Source of the DNA: an uncultured Alphaproteobacteria bacterium
Lineage (GTDB): Bacteria > Pseudomonadota > Alphaproteobacteria > Rhizobiales > Aestuariivirgaceae
Length of the DNA: 64,000 bases
Reading direction: 5' to 3'
NCBI GenBank assembly: GCA_963738595.1
Contig: CAVTXF010000002.1
Span: 215,168-279,167 of the forward strand
Under the pieces are notes generated by a model that had not been told where the DNA came from, made no database searches, and saw only the letters and a program-made list of their open reading frames with translations. Made by a program: the position numbers and the translations under genes. This document shows positions 40,309 to 49,563 of the stretch, one piece after another; position 1 is the first letter of the stretch; each line of letters starts with the position of its first letter.

Positions 40309-40343
40309 TCGGGCTGCCCGCAACCTCCCTGCGGGCAGCCCGA
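40309..40343. other. 14-bp perfect hairpin after the SBP gene
   Basis: TCGGGCTGCCCGCA (40309-40322), 7-nt loop, TGCGGGCAGCCCGA (40330-40343). Confidence 0.75.
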
Positions 40344-40357
40344 ATTGTGATTGATCC

Positions 40358-41245
40358 ATGCTGCGCAACGTCCGCACCGAAGCCCTGATTGCCCTGCTCT
40401 TGCTGGTGCCGTTCCTTGCCGTTTACGGCCTGATCTTCATCTATCCCACCATCCAGATGTTCATCACGTCGTTCACCGATGCGCCGCTGATCGGCGAAGG
40501 CAAGTGGGTGGGCGTGGAGAATTACGCGCGGCTGCCAAAGGACCGATTGTTTGTACTGTCGCTGTGGAACACGGGGTACTTCGTTCTTCTGTCAGTCGTT
40601 CCCGGCGCGTTCATTGCTCTGTTCATCGCGCTGGGCGTGAGCAGGCTTTCAGGCTGGTTGCAGTCCACTGTCTTGGCGCTGTTCTTTCTGCCTTTCATCC
40701 TGCCGGTCTCAGTGGTCTATTTCGTGTGGGACTGGATCCTGAATTACCAGTTCGGTGTCGGCATGCACATTCTCAATTTTTTCGGCATTCCGCGCTCACC
40801 CGTATTCAAGACCATCACCTGGTTCATGCCCGCTGTTGCGCTTGTTACAATCTGGTGGACGGCCGGATTTTCATTGTTGCTTTTTCTCGCTGGTATTCGT
40901 GCCATCCCGCCAGAAATCTATGAAGCCGCAGCACTCGACAATTCCGGCCCGTGGCGCACGTTTCGAAGAATCACCTGGCCGCTGTTGTGGCCCGTGACCG
41001 CTTTGGTGCTGACAATCCAGCTGATCCTGCAGTTGAAGATATTCGACCAGGTCTATCTGTTTTCGATCGGCAGCAGGCCGAACGACACCATGGTTATGGT
41101 GCAGTATATCTACACCCGCGCCTTTGTGAACAATCAGGGCGGCCGCGCGGCAGCGATTGCCGTTACATTGTTTGTCATCGTCATTATCATCACTGTCTTT
41201 CAATTCCAGCTCCTGCGGATGGCAGGGGGAGCGGAGCGCAAATGA
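40358..41245 (+). CDS. CUT1 ABC permease
   Basis: FFLPFILPVSVV, EAA loop IPPEIYEAAALD..G.WR.FRRITWPLL, QLKIFDQVY. Confidence 0.93.
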   Translation: MLRNVRTEALIALLLLVPFLAVYGLIFIYPTIQMFITSFTDAPLIGEGKWVGVENYARLPKDRLFVLSLWNTGYFVLLSVVPGAFIALFIALGVSRLSGWLQSTVLALFFLPFILPVSVVYFVWDWILNYQFGVGMHILNFFGIPRSPVFKTITWFMPAVALVTIWWTAGFSLLLFLAGIRAIPPEIYEAAALDNSGPWRTFRRITWPLLWPVTALVLTIQLILQLKIFDQVYLFSIGSRPNDTMVMVQYIYTRAFVNNQGGRAAAIAVTLFVIVIIITVFQFQLLRMAGGAERK

Positions 41246-42084
41246 ATTACGCTTCGGCCCAGCGCTGGAACCTGTTCGGCGGCATCGCTACCATACTGAC
41301 GGTTGTCTTTGCCGTGATCTGGGCGTTTCCCTTGTATTGGGGTGTCATATCGTCACTCAAACCCGAGGACGAAGTGATCCGCCCCTATGTGGAATTGTGG
41401 CCGCAGCATTTGACGTTTGAACATTATACCAATGCGCTTTTCAAAACGCAGATTGGAATCTGGTATCTCAATTCTGTTGCTGTTGCGATTGGCGCAACAG
41501 TCATCACCATCATCTCGGCAATGCTTTGTGGCTATGCGATTTCGCAACTGAAATTTCCGGGACGGACCGTTCTGTGGTGGCTGATCCTCGCCAGTTTCAT
41601 GGTGCCGACGCAAACCCTGATCATCAATCATTTTCAGTTGATGGCGGGCATGGGATTGTTGAACACCTGGGCCGGGATGATCCTGCCGCAACTCATTCAT
41701 CCGGTGATCATCATCGTCTACAAGCAGTTCTTCGACAACGTGCCCAAGGACTTTCGCGAGGCTGCGGTGATGGACAATGCCTCGGAGCTGCGCATTCTTG
41801 TCAAGGTGTTCATGCCGATGAACTGGGGGATTACGACGGCGCTGTCCATTGTGGTTTTCATCTGGACCTGGAACGCATTCCTGTGGCCATTCCTTGCTGT
41901 CTCGAAATCAGAAATGATGACGGTGCCGGTGGGCATCACGCAAGTGAACGATAATTTTGGTGTATTCTATGCGCGGCAGTTGGCGGCGGCGATCCTGGCG
42001 GGGCTGCCAGTTGCCATTGTGTATCTGCTGTTCCAGCGGCAGGTGACGCGGGCGATAACCTTGTCGGCGGGAATCAAGGGGTAG
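41242..42084 (+). CDS. CUT1 ABC permease
   Basis: Start reassigned to ATG 41242 (ATGA overlap); YKQFFDNVPKDFREAAVMD, WNAFLWP. Confidence 0.92.
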   Translation: MNYASAQRWNLFGGIATILTVVFAVIWAFPLYWGVISSLKPEDEVIRPYVELWPQHLTFEHYTNALFKTQIGIWYLNSVAVAIGATVITIISAMLCGYAISQLKFPGRTVLWWLILASFMVPTQTLIINHFQLMAGMGLLNTWAGMILPQLIHPVIIIVYKQFFDNVPKDFREAAVMDNASELRILVKVFMPMNWGITTALSIVVFIWTWNAFLWPFLAVSKSEMMTVPVGITQVNDNFGVFYARQLAAAILAGLPVAIVYLLFQRQVTRAITLSAGIKG

Positions 42085-42115
42085 CACCACGGGTGCCCGA
42101 ATGGCAGAGGTGGGG

Positions 42116-43177
42116 TCAATCTGCGTGATACGCCTTGCCTGATGCATCAAAAAAATGGCTCTGCGTCATGTCGAAGGAAAGCTGCACAATGTCTTTCGGT
42201 TGCAGCGATGAATTGCCGATATCCTGCGCTGTGAGCAAAGCACCATCGCCCATGCGGGTGTAAACCAACGTTCGATCACCGAGGCGTTCGACGACTTTGA
42301 CCTGGCCACTGGCGTCGCCGCCCTTGGGGACGACCCGCAAGGATTCGGGGCGGATGCCCAGTTCATAAGTACCGGAGGAAAAATTTGCCGGTGGGCGCGG
42401 GAGCTTGGTGCCATCTGCTGCGGTGATGCCGCCGTCCGACACCTTGACCTTTATGAAGTTCATCGCCGGTGAGCCGACAAAGCCTGCGACAAAGCGCGAG
42501 GCTGGCTTTGAGTACACTTCCATCGGTGTGCCGATCTGCTCGATCTTGCGGTCATTCAGCACAACAATGCGGTCGGCGAGCGTCATCGCTTCGGTCTGGT
42601 CATGGGTGACATAGACCATCGTTGATTTCATGCGCTGATGCAGCTCGGCGAGTTCAACGCGGGTGCGCACGCGCAAAGCCGCATCGAGATTGGACAGCGG
42701 TTCATCAAACAGAAACGCCTTCGGCTCCTTGACGATAGCACGGCCAATGGCGACGCGCTGGCGCTGGCCACCGGACAGCTGCGAGGGTTTGCGGGCCATG
42801 AGCGGCTCGATTTCCAGAATGCGTGCCGCATCCTTCACACGTCGCTCAATTTCGGCTGCTGGCAGGCCAATGTTTTCGAGCCCGAAGGCCATGTTTTGCT
42901 GCACACTCATGTGCGGGTAAAGCGCGTAATTCTGGAACACCATCGCAACATTGCGCTGGCCGGGTGGCAAGGTTTCGCAACGCACGCCGCCAATCATCAA
43001 TGTGCCGCTATCAATGGTTTCAAGACCGGCAATCATGCGCAGCAACGTCGTCTTGCCCGATCCCGACGGCCCCAGGAACACGATGAACTCGCCGTCATTT
43101 ACCGACAGCGACACGTTCTCAATGACCGACACAGTGCCAAATTTTTTTGACACGGAATCGAGAGTGATATCTGCCAT
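42116..43177 (-). CDS. CUT1 ABC ATPase (MalK family), inverted relative to its permeases
   Basis: [43 protein letters not shown]. Confidence 0.94.
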   Translation of the reverse strand: MADITLDSVSKKFGTVSVIENVSLSVNDGEFIVFLGPSGSGKTTLLRMIAGLETIDSGTLMIGGVRCETLPPGQRNVAMVFQNYALYPHMSVQQNMAFGLENIGLPAAEIERRVKDAARILEIEPLMARKPSQLSGGQRQRVAIGRAIVKEPKAFLFDEPLSNLDAALRVRTRVELAELHQRMKSTMVYVTHDQTEAMTLADRIVVLNDRKIEQIGTPMEVYSKPASRFVAGFVGSPAMNFIKVKVSDGGITAADGTKLPRPPANFSSGTYELGIRPESLRVVPKGGDASGQVKVVERLGDRTLVYTRMGDGALLTAQDIGNSSLQPKDIVQLSFDMTQSHFFDASGKAYHAD

Positions 43178-43210
43178 TGCGTGCGCCCTCCAGGTTCAAT
43201 ACCATCATTT

Positions 43211-43239
43211 CCGATACAAACCAGAAGTCAAGGTATAAT
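43211..43239 (+). promoter_or_regulatory. Motif CCGATACAAACC (43211-43222) and TATAAT -10 box (43234-43239) in the malK/GH127 divergent gap
   Basis: Read directly from the sequence; a minus-strand TTGACT lies at 43226-43231. Confidence 0.5.
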
Positions 43240-43272
43240 AGAAGCGACATTACCGGAAGAAGAACTGCCACC

Positions 43273-45186
43273 ATGACACTTCGCCAATTTCACCCCGTCA
43301 ATTTCAAGGCTGTTGCGCTCACGGGAAAGTTCTGGTCGGAGCGCCTCGACACAGTGCTCGAAAAAACCATTCCCAGCCAATATGACAAGCTCGTTGAATA
43401 CAACATGGTGGAGAGCCTGAAAGTGGTGCAACCACCGCCCCCGCTGACCATTCCGCGCAACAACCATAATTTCACCACGCAGATCTTCTGGGACTCGGAC
43501 ATCGGCAAATGGATCGAAGCGGCGAGTTATGCACTGGCGCACGGGCCGGATGCCGATATCGAGGAAAAGATCGATGGCATTGCCGATCTCCTGGAGAAGG
43601 CACAGTTGCCGGATGGCTATCTCAATACCTGGTATATCGGCCGCGAGATTGACAAGCGCTGGAGCAATCTGCGCGACAATCATGAACTCTACAATGCGGG
43701 CCATATGCTGGAAGGTGCCATTGCGTATTTCCAGACCACCGGGAAACGCAAGCTGCTGGGCCTCATGGAAAAATATCTGGGGCATATCGAGAAAACACTT
43801 GGCCCCGGCGCTGCGCAGAAGCATGGTTATTGTGGACACCAGGAAATCGAAATAGCCCTGGTCAAGCTCTATCACCTGACACAGGAACGGCGCTGGCTGA
43901 ACCTGTGCGCCTACTTCATCAACGAACGCGGGAAGCAGCCGCATTATTTCGACCAGGAAGCAGTGGCACGCGGTGCTGATCCCAAGACATTTGTGCAGAA
44001 GACGCATGAATACAGCCAGTCACACAAGCCGGTGCGTGAGCAGACCAAGGTTGTGGGCCATGCGGTGCGGGCTTTCTACATGTATACCGCAATGGCGGAT
44101 CTGGCCGCCGAGCTTGATGACAAGACTCTGAAGAAGGCTTGCGAGGTCTTGTGGCGCGATGCCGTGACAACCAAAATGTATGTGACAGCAGGGTTTGGCC
44201 CTTCGGCATCCAATGAAGGCTTTACCTCGGATTATGACCTGCCGAACGACACGGCCTATGCGGAAACCTGTGCGACTGTCGCGATGATATTCTTTGCACA
44301 GCGCATGCTGAACCTCGATCTTGATCGTCAGTATGCGGACATTATGGAACTGGGGATCTACAATGGCGGGCTTTCCGGCCTGTCATTTGACGGCAAACAT
44401 TATTTCTACGAGAACAAGCTGGAGAGCAGCGGCAAAGACAGCCGCTGGGCCTGGCATGTGTGCCCGTGCTGCACCATGAATGTGTCGCGGCTGGTGGCAT
44501 CAATTGGCAGCTATTTCTATTCGAGCGGCAAAGACCTGATTGCCATCCATCTCTATGGCGGCGCTGAAACCGAAATCGAGCTTGGCGACACCAAGGTCAA
44601 AGTGTCCGAAAGCAGCAATTATCCGTGGGATGGTGCCATTTCCATCAAGATCAATCCGGCGAAGGAAAAAACCTTCAAGCTGAAACTGCGCATTCCGGCC
44701 TGGGCTGAAGCGGGCGCCAAGGCAACAGTCAACGGCAAGGCCGTGAAGATCAAGGGCGCATTGCAAAAGGGCTATCTCAGCCTCGATCGCACATGGCACA
44801 AGGGTGACGTCGTGAAGCTCGACCTGCCGATGGATGCGCGGCGCATCTATGCCAATCCGCTGGTCAAGGCCGATCAAAACAAGGTGGCGCTGGCGCGCGG
44901 ACCACTGGTTTATTGCATCGAACAAAAAGACAATGGCAAGACACCTGTGGCAACGCTGGCGCTGCCGCGCAAAGGCAAGATCAACGTAACGAAGACGGGA
45001 TTGTTCGGCGGCATTACTGTGTTGCAGGCCAAGGGCAAGGCACTGTCAAAGAAGGGGTGGGAAGGTTTGCTCTATCGCAATCTGCCGCCAGCGGCAGTAC
45101 CTGCAACCATCACCGCTGTACCCTATTACGTGTGGAACAACCGGGGGCCCAACGCCATGCGCGTTTGGATCAACGAAGAGACGTGA
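43273..45186 (+). CDS. Beta-L-arabinofuranosidase, GH127 (HypBA1-like cysteine glycosidase), no signal peptide
   Basis: Start reassigned to ATG 43273; DSDIGKWIEA, HELYNAGH, GHQEIEIAL, GHAVRA.YMY, YAETCA, CPCC (Zn/nucleophile cysteines), PYYVWNNRG. Confidence 0.93.
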   Translation: MTLRQFHPVNFKAVALTGKFWSERLDTVLEKTIPSQYDKLVEYNMVESLKVVQPPPPLTIPRNNHNFTTQIFWDSDIGKWIEAASYALAHGPDADIEEKIDGIADLLEKAQLPDGYLNTWYIGREIDKRWSNLRDNHELYNAGHMLEGAIAYFQTTGKRKLLGLMEKYLGHIEKTLGPGAAQKHGYCGHQEIEIALVKLYHLTQERRWLNLCAYFINERGKQPHYFDQEAVARGADPKTFVQKTHEYSQSHKPVREQTKVVGHAVRAFYMYTAMADLAAELDDKTLKKACEVLWRDAVTTKMYVTAGFGPSASNEGFTSDYDLPNDTAYAETCATVAMIFFAQRMLNLDLDRQYADIMELGIYNGGLSGLSFDGKHYFYENKLESSGKDSRWAWHVCPCCTMNVSRLVASIGSYFYSSGKDLIAIHLYGGAETEIELGDTKVKVSESSNYPWDGAISIKINPAKEKTFKLKLRIPAWAEAGAKATVNGKAVKIKGALQKGYLSLDRTWHKGDVVKLDLPMDARRIYANPLVKADQNKVALARGPLVYCIEQKDNGKTPVATLALPRKGKINVTKTGLFGGITVLQAKGKALSKKGWEGLLYRNLPPAAVPATITAVPYYVWNNRGPNAMRVWINEET

Positions 45187-45225
45187 AACAGCCTGTTTGC
45201 CCAGAATTCGGTGCGAAGCAAACGT

Positions 45226-46575
45226 TCAGTTCAAGGCCTGGATCAACGTCGGTGAACCCAGGCGTTCGGCAATTTTTTCGGGCGTGTCGCGGGATATGGT
45301 GCGTGACGTGGTCGAACCACCTGCGTCGACGACCAATTTTGCGATATCAGCCCGGTCGATCCGTACTGCCAGTGTAAGAACCGTGTCGCCATCAAGGTTT
45401 TTCTGATTGATGTCGGCGGCGAGCGGCAGGAGGAGCCTGACGGCTTCCAATCGGCCCCTTGCTGCAGCCAACATGAGCGGCGTGTTCCCGCTCTTGTCGA
45501 GGGCCTCCACCTCGACCGGTTTTTGCAGAAGGGCATTGATGATTTTTGTGTTGCCAGTGTTGGCTGCGACATGAAGCGGCGTGAAGCCTTCATTGTCCGA
45601 GGCTGTGAAAGCTCCGTCACGCTCCAACAGCATTTTGGCCAATGGCTCATTGCCGCTGGCAATGGCACGCCACAGGGGGGTGCGTCCGGCAGCGTCGGGG
45701 AACACTGCGTCCTCTTCCGAAACCAGGTTTCCTGGCACTTCAACTTCAGGGCAATTGCGCGCCAAGACATGGGCTGCCGTTTCGCCTGCATGGTTTGAGC
45801 GTGACTGGCGGAAATGCGATTCCGCCTCCTCAAGGGTTTGCAGATTGCACTGGCGGGCGGCCAGCAGATCGGCGGAGTTGCCGTGAGCCGTTTTCTGGTC
45901 AACGTTGGCGGCAGCGCCCACAAGAATTTTTGCGAGCGCGATGTTTCCGGTTTCAATGGCCCAGAGATAGGCCGACATGCCACCCTTGTCAGACAGGTTG
46001 ACGTTGGCCTTCAAGGCCAGCAATTGTTCCACCAGTTTTGTATTGCCGCTCCGGACCGCAACAATCAGAGGCGTTTGTCCTGCAGCATCGCGCGTATTGA
46101 TATCTGCTGGCGTGGCCGGTGTATCCACTTTTTCAAATGGACGGGCCACACTCAATATCAGCCAGTCCTGCTTTCCGGACGGTTGTGGCTTCAATTTGGC
46201 CAGAGATGCAATGCGCGGATTGCGCAAGGTTGTTGCATCAGGAACCGGAACAGCTTCAGTGGTGACAATGTTTGCAAGGCTGGTGAGCAATTTCCCCGCC
46301 TCGGCATTGCCTCCTGCGGCGGACTTTCGCAACCAGTCGCGGGCCCTTGCATCGTCGCGTCTGGTGCCGAGACCGCTTCGCAACATGACAGCCAGGCGAT
46401 ATTGCGACAGTGGATTTCCTGATCTTGCGGATTTGGTGAGCAGGGCAACGGCCTGCTTGTAGTGGCGGCCGAGGATGAGTTTCTGGTAGGCGTCATCCCT
46501 GGCGAGCGCTTGCGGCGCTGTCGCAAGAGCTACAATCAGACAGGCAGTGCCAAGGAAGGTTCTAAGCGGTGCCAT
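45226..46575 (-). CDS. Exported SEL1-repeat + ankyrin-repeat protein
   Basis: Signal ending PQALA-RDD; SEL1 repeat SQYRLAVMLRSGLGTRRDDARARDWLRKSA; about 8 ankyrin repeats (GQTPLIVAV, GRTPLWRAI, GFTPLHVAA, GNTPLMLAA, GDTVLTLAV). Confidence 0.88.
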   Translation of the reverse strand: MAPLRTFLGTACLIVALATAPQALARDDAYQKLILGRHYKQAVALLTKSARSGNPLSQYRLAVMLRSGLGTRRDDARARDWLRKSAAGGNAEAGKLLTSLANIVTTEAVPVPDATTLRNPRIASLAKLKPQPSGKQDWLILSVARPFEKVDTPATPADINTRDAAGQTPLIVAVRSGNTKLVEQLLALKANVNLSDKGGMSAYLWAIETGNIALAKILVGAAANVDQKTAHGNSADLLAARQCNLQTLEEAESHFRQSRSNHAGETAAHVLARNCPEVEVPGNLVSEEDAVFPDAAGRTPLWRAIASGNEPLAKMLLERDGAFTASDNEGFTPLHVAANTGNTKIINALLQKPVEVEALDKSGNTPLMLAAARGRLEAVRLLLPLAADINQKNLDGDTVLTLAVRIDRADIAKLVVDAGGSTTSRTISRDTPEKIAERLGSPTLIQALN

Positions 46576-47866
46576 ATTTTGTCACCATGTCGATGCCTGC
46601 CGATTTCAGGAATTCGGTGGGGAGAATTCCACCAGCACAGATGATCACGGCGTCATTTTCCATGCGGCCTTCCTTGCCATCGGATGCCAGGACCACGGCG
46701 TCACCGGTGATTTCCTTGACCACTGATTTGAACAAAAGAAGCAGTTTTCCGTCACGCGCCATCGCCGAAGCCTTGTCGCGATTTTTGGAGCGGGCCCTTC
46801 CGAATGCGTCGCCACGATAGGACAGGGTGACCGTGGTGCCGGGCTGTTCGGCTATGCTGGTTGCCGCTTCAAGGGCTGAATCACCACCACCCACAACAAG
46901 CACATGCTTGTTGCGATATTGCTCGGCATCGATGAACTGGTAGACGACTTTCGGCAGGTCCTCTCCTGGAACGCCAAGTTCGCGCGGTGTGCCACGGCGG
47001 CCGATGGCCAGAAGTACGGCGCGACACAGATTTTGTACGCTGCCGGTGTTGACGGAAAATCCGTCGCCGGATTTCGCTATGCTGCTCACCCGCTGGCGGT
47101 ATTTCACATTGAGTGAATGCTTGACTTCAATGTCCTTCCAGAATTCCAAAAGCTTTTCTTTCGAGACTTCCCGGAAATTCACTTTGCCGACAATCGGAAG
47201 AATTGCCGGTGCCGTCATGACGACCTTGCCACGGGGATACTTGAACACTGTGCCACCGAGATCATCCTGCTCGATGACAAGATAGGACAGGCTCTTTTGT
47301 TTTGCAGCAAGGGCTGCGGCAATGCCTGCCGGACCCGCGCCCACGATGATCAGGTCAAAGCGGCCCGGCTGGCCGAAGCCTGTCAGTTTGCTGATTGATT
47401 CAACTGCCTGCCTTCCTTGCTCGACGGCATTGCGGATCAGGCCCATGCCACCCAATTCCCCGGCGATGAAAATCCCCGGAACATTGGATTGAAAGTCCGG
47501 CTTGACGACTGGCAGGTCAATACCGCGCTGCGCGGTTCCAAAGACCAATGTTATCGCATCGGTCGGGCAGGCCGTCTTGCAGGCACCATGGCCAATGCAA
47601 TGGGTCGGCTCGATCAATTCCGCCTTGCCGTTGATGATGCCCAGGATGTCACCCTCAGGACAGGCCAGGGTGCAGGTCGCGCAGCCCAGGCAGGTGGCGG
47701 CATTGATAACAGGATGCAGCGAGGTTGGCTCCGACAGGCCCGCTTCAAAGGCTGCCGTCTTGATCGCAATCGCGCGTTTTTCGGAACGACGGCTGATCGT
47801 CAGATATATGGCCCAGATTGTGGCCATGATGATCAGATAGGGCGAGAAGAGTTTTATGGTTTCCAT
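46562..47866 (-). CDS. Membrane-anchored ferredoxin fused to a thioredoxin-reductase-fold (YpdA/FNR-like) FAD/NAD(P)H oxidoreductase
   Basis: N-terminal TM helix; CLGCATCTLACP and CIGHGACKTACP; PGIFIAGE; GAGPAG; LAIGRRG; GGGDSA; no CxxC. Confidence 0.85.
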   Translation of the reverse strand: METIKLFSPYLIIMATIWAIYLTISRRSEKRAIAIKTAAFEAGLSEPTSLHPVINAATCLGCATCTLACPEGDILGIINGKAELIEPTHCIGHGACKTACPTDAITLVFGTAQRGIDLPVVKPDFQSNVPGIFIAGELGGMGLIRNAVEQGRQAVESISKLTGFGQPGRFDLIIVGAGPAGIAAALAAKQKSLSYLVIEQDDLGGTVFKYPRGKVVMTAPAILPIVGKVNFREVSKEKLLEFWKDIEVKHSLNVKYRQRVSSIAKSGDGFSVNTGSVQNLCRAVLLAIGRRGTPRELGVPGEDLPKVVYQFIDAEQYRNKHVLVVGGGDSALEAATSIAEQPGTTVTLSYRGDAFGRARSKNRDKASAMARDGKLLLLFKSVVKEITGDAVVLASDGKEGRMENDAVIICAGGILPTEFLKSAGIDMVTKYGTA

Positions 47867-47881
47867 GGGGCGCGGTGCTGT

Positions 47882-49084
47882 CTAGTTTTCCGATATTCCA
47901 AGTTCCGCGGCGCTGGCCTTGAGCTGCGCCTGGGTCGGTGCATCATCGGCAAATATCGTTAAGGCTTTGCTGAGTGCGGCACGGGCCTCTTCCTTCTGTT
48001 GCAGCACCATGCGCGAACGCATGAGTCTCACCCAGCCTTCGGCATCGCGGGGCGATGCATCGAGTTTTGCCGCAAGCCTGTCGACCATGGAGCGGATCAT
48101 TTCCTGCTGGTCGGCAGCGGGCATGGACTGGATTGCGGCAACATCGTCTTGCGAAATCTGCGGGGCCGCTGTCTTCATTTCCTGCGGTGGCTCTTTCAGC
48201 TGTTGTGACACGTCGCGGCCCAGCGCCTTGCCGAGATCGGCAATATGTGTGCGCACATCGGTCAGCCAGCCTTCGCCGTCTGGGGCATCGGCGAGAAGCG
48301 CCAGCCACTTGTCGAGAGAAGCTGCCTTGTCGCCCGCTTGCTCCAGTTGAAGTGCGTCATAGAAACGCGAGCGCGGATCCTTTGGTTGGCCTGCCAGCAC
48401 CTTTTTGAAGTTGGCAAGCGCTTCCGGGGTGACGATGCCTTGCGCCGCCTGAACCTGGGCTTCGGCGAGTGCCGACAGATAATCCAGATTGGCCGGGTCC
48501 AATGCAACTGCCTTGGCATAGGCTTCCATGGATTGCTGGTAGCGCTCAGTGTTGAAATAGGACCAGCCCAACATGCGCCAGCCCTCGGCATCGGCGGGAT
48601 TCTGTTTCAGGCGGTCTTCCAGCTTGGTGATCATGGCGTCAACCTGGCCCGTTGACGCGCCCATGCCGGGGGTTGCTGCGGGCTGGGCTATGGGCTGGGA
48701 TGCGACAGTGGGCCTGCTGTCAACAATTGGAACAAGCGTCGGGCTGCCGAGTTTCGCATAGAGAAAGACCGAGGCAAGCGCGACGAAGCCGGTTGTCGAG
48801 ATCAAGGCAAGGCCACGCCAAGCGGGCGAAAGTGGACGAGCCGTCGTGCTTTCTTTCAACGCCGCGATCATGCGGCGCTGGATTTCAATGCGGGCAGAGC
48901 TTGCTGCAGTTGCGTCAATCTGGCCGGACTGCAGGTCGCGATCGAGTTGCTCGAGCTGCAACTCGTAGATTGCCGATGTCCCTGCCTGCGGCGCATTGGC
49001 ATGTTCGAATTTGCGAATGAGCGGAATGCTCACTGCCACACAGGCAGCGCATGCCATGAGGGTCAGGATAATCCAGAGTGTCAT
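47882..49084 (-). CDS. ccmI: Cytochrome c maturation protein CcmI/CycH (TPR)
   Basis: Start reassigned to 49084; TM-IYELQL.QLDRD...ARIEIQRR-TM-Y..LGSP, NPADAEGW.MLG, DAEGWVRL.RS. Confidence 0.9.
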   Translation of the reverse strand: MTLWIILTLMACAACVAVSIPLIRKFEHANAPQAGTSAIYELQLEQLDRDLQSGQIDATAASSARIEIQRRMIAALKESTTARPLSPAWRGLALISTTGFVALASVFLYAKLGSPTLVPIVDSRPTVASQPIAQPAATPGMGASTGQVDAMITKLEDRLKQNPADAEGWRMLGWSYFNTERYQQSMEAYAKAVALDPANLDYLSALAEAQVQAAQGIVTPEALANFKKVLAGQPKDPRSRFYDALQLEQAGDKAASLDKWLALLADAPDGEGWLTDVRTHIADLGKALGRDVSQQLKEPPQEMKTAAPQISQDDVAAIQSMPAADQQEMIRSMVDRLAAKLDASPRDAEGWVRLMRSRMVLQQKEEARAALSKALTIFADDAPTQAQLKASAAELGISEN

Positions 49085-49563
49085 GTGTTCTTGCCCTTGA
49101 TTTCTTCCAGCAGTCTCGTTTCTTCCGGTGACAATGGTTCCGGTACGGCAGGCGAAGATGCCGACCTGCGGCGCATATAGACCAGGAAGACTGACAAAGC
49201 GCTGGCAAAAACCAGAAGCGGACCCAGCCACAGCAGTACGGTGCTTGGTTGCAGTGGCGGTTTCAACAGAACGTAGTTGCCAAACCTGTTGACGATGAAT
49301 TCCTGAACCTGCGCGTCAGTCTCGCCCAATTGCAGGCGCTCGCGCACGATCAGGCGCAGGTCGCGCGCGAGGCCGGCGTTGGAATCATCAATTGACTGGT
49401 TTTGGCAAACAAGGCAGCGCAGGTCGGCACTGATGGCGCGCGCGCGCGCTTCAAGCGCTGGGTCTTGCAGCATTTCCTGCGGCTCTACAGCCATGGCATG
49501 AACTGCCAGGTACATGAAGGAGAAGGCTGTGAAAAACAACCGTGTCATCATTGTCGCCTTCAT
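49081..49563 (-). CDS. ccmH: Cytochrome c maturation protein CcmH/CycL
   Basis: LRCLVCQNQSIDDSNA.LARDLR, RFGNYVLLKPP, LLWLGP; start 49563 (ATGA overlap) or 49551. Confidence 0.93.
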   Translation of the reverse strand: MKATMMTRLFFTAFSFMYLAVHAMAVEPQEMLQDPALEARARAISADLRCLVCQNQSIDDSNAGLARDLRLIVRERLQLGETDAQVQEFIVNRFGNYVLLKPPLQPSTVLLWLGPLLVFASALSVFLVYMRRRSASSPAVPEPLSPEETRLLEEIKGKNT

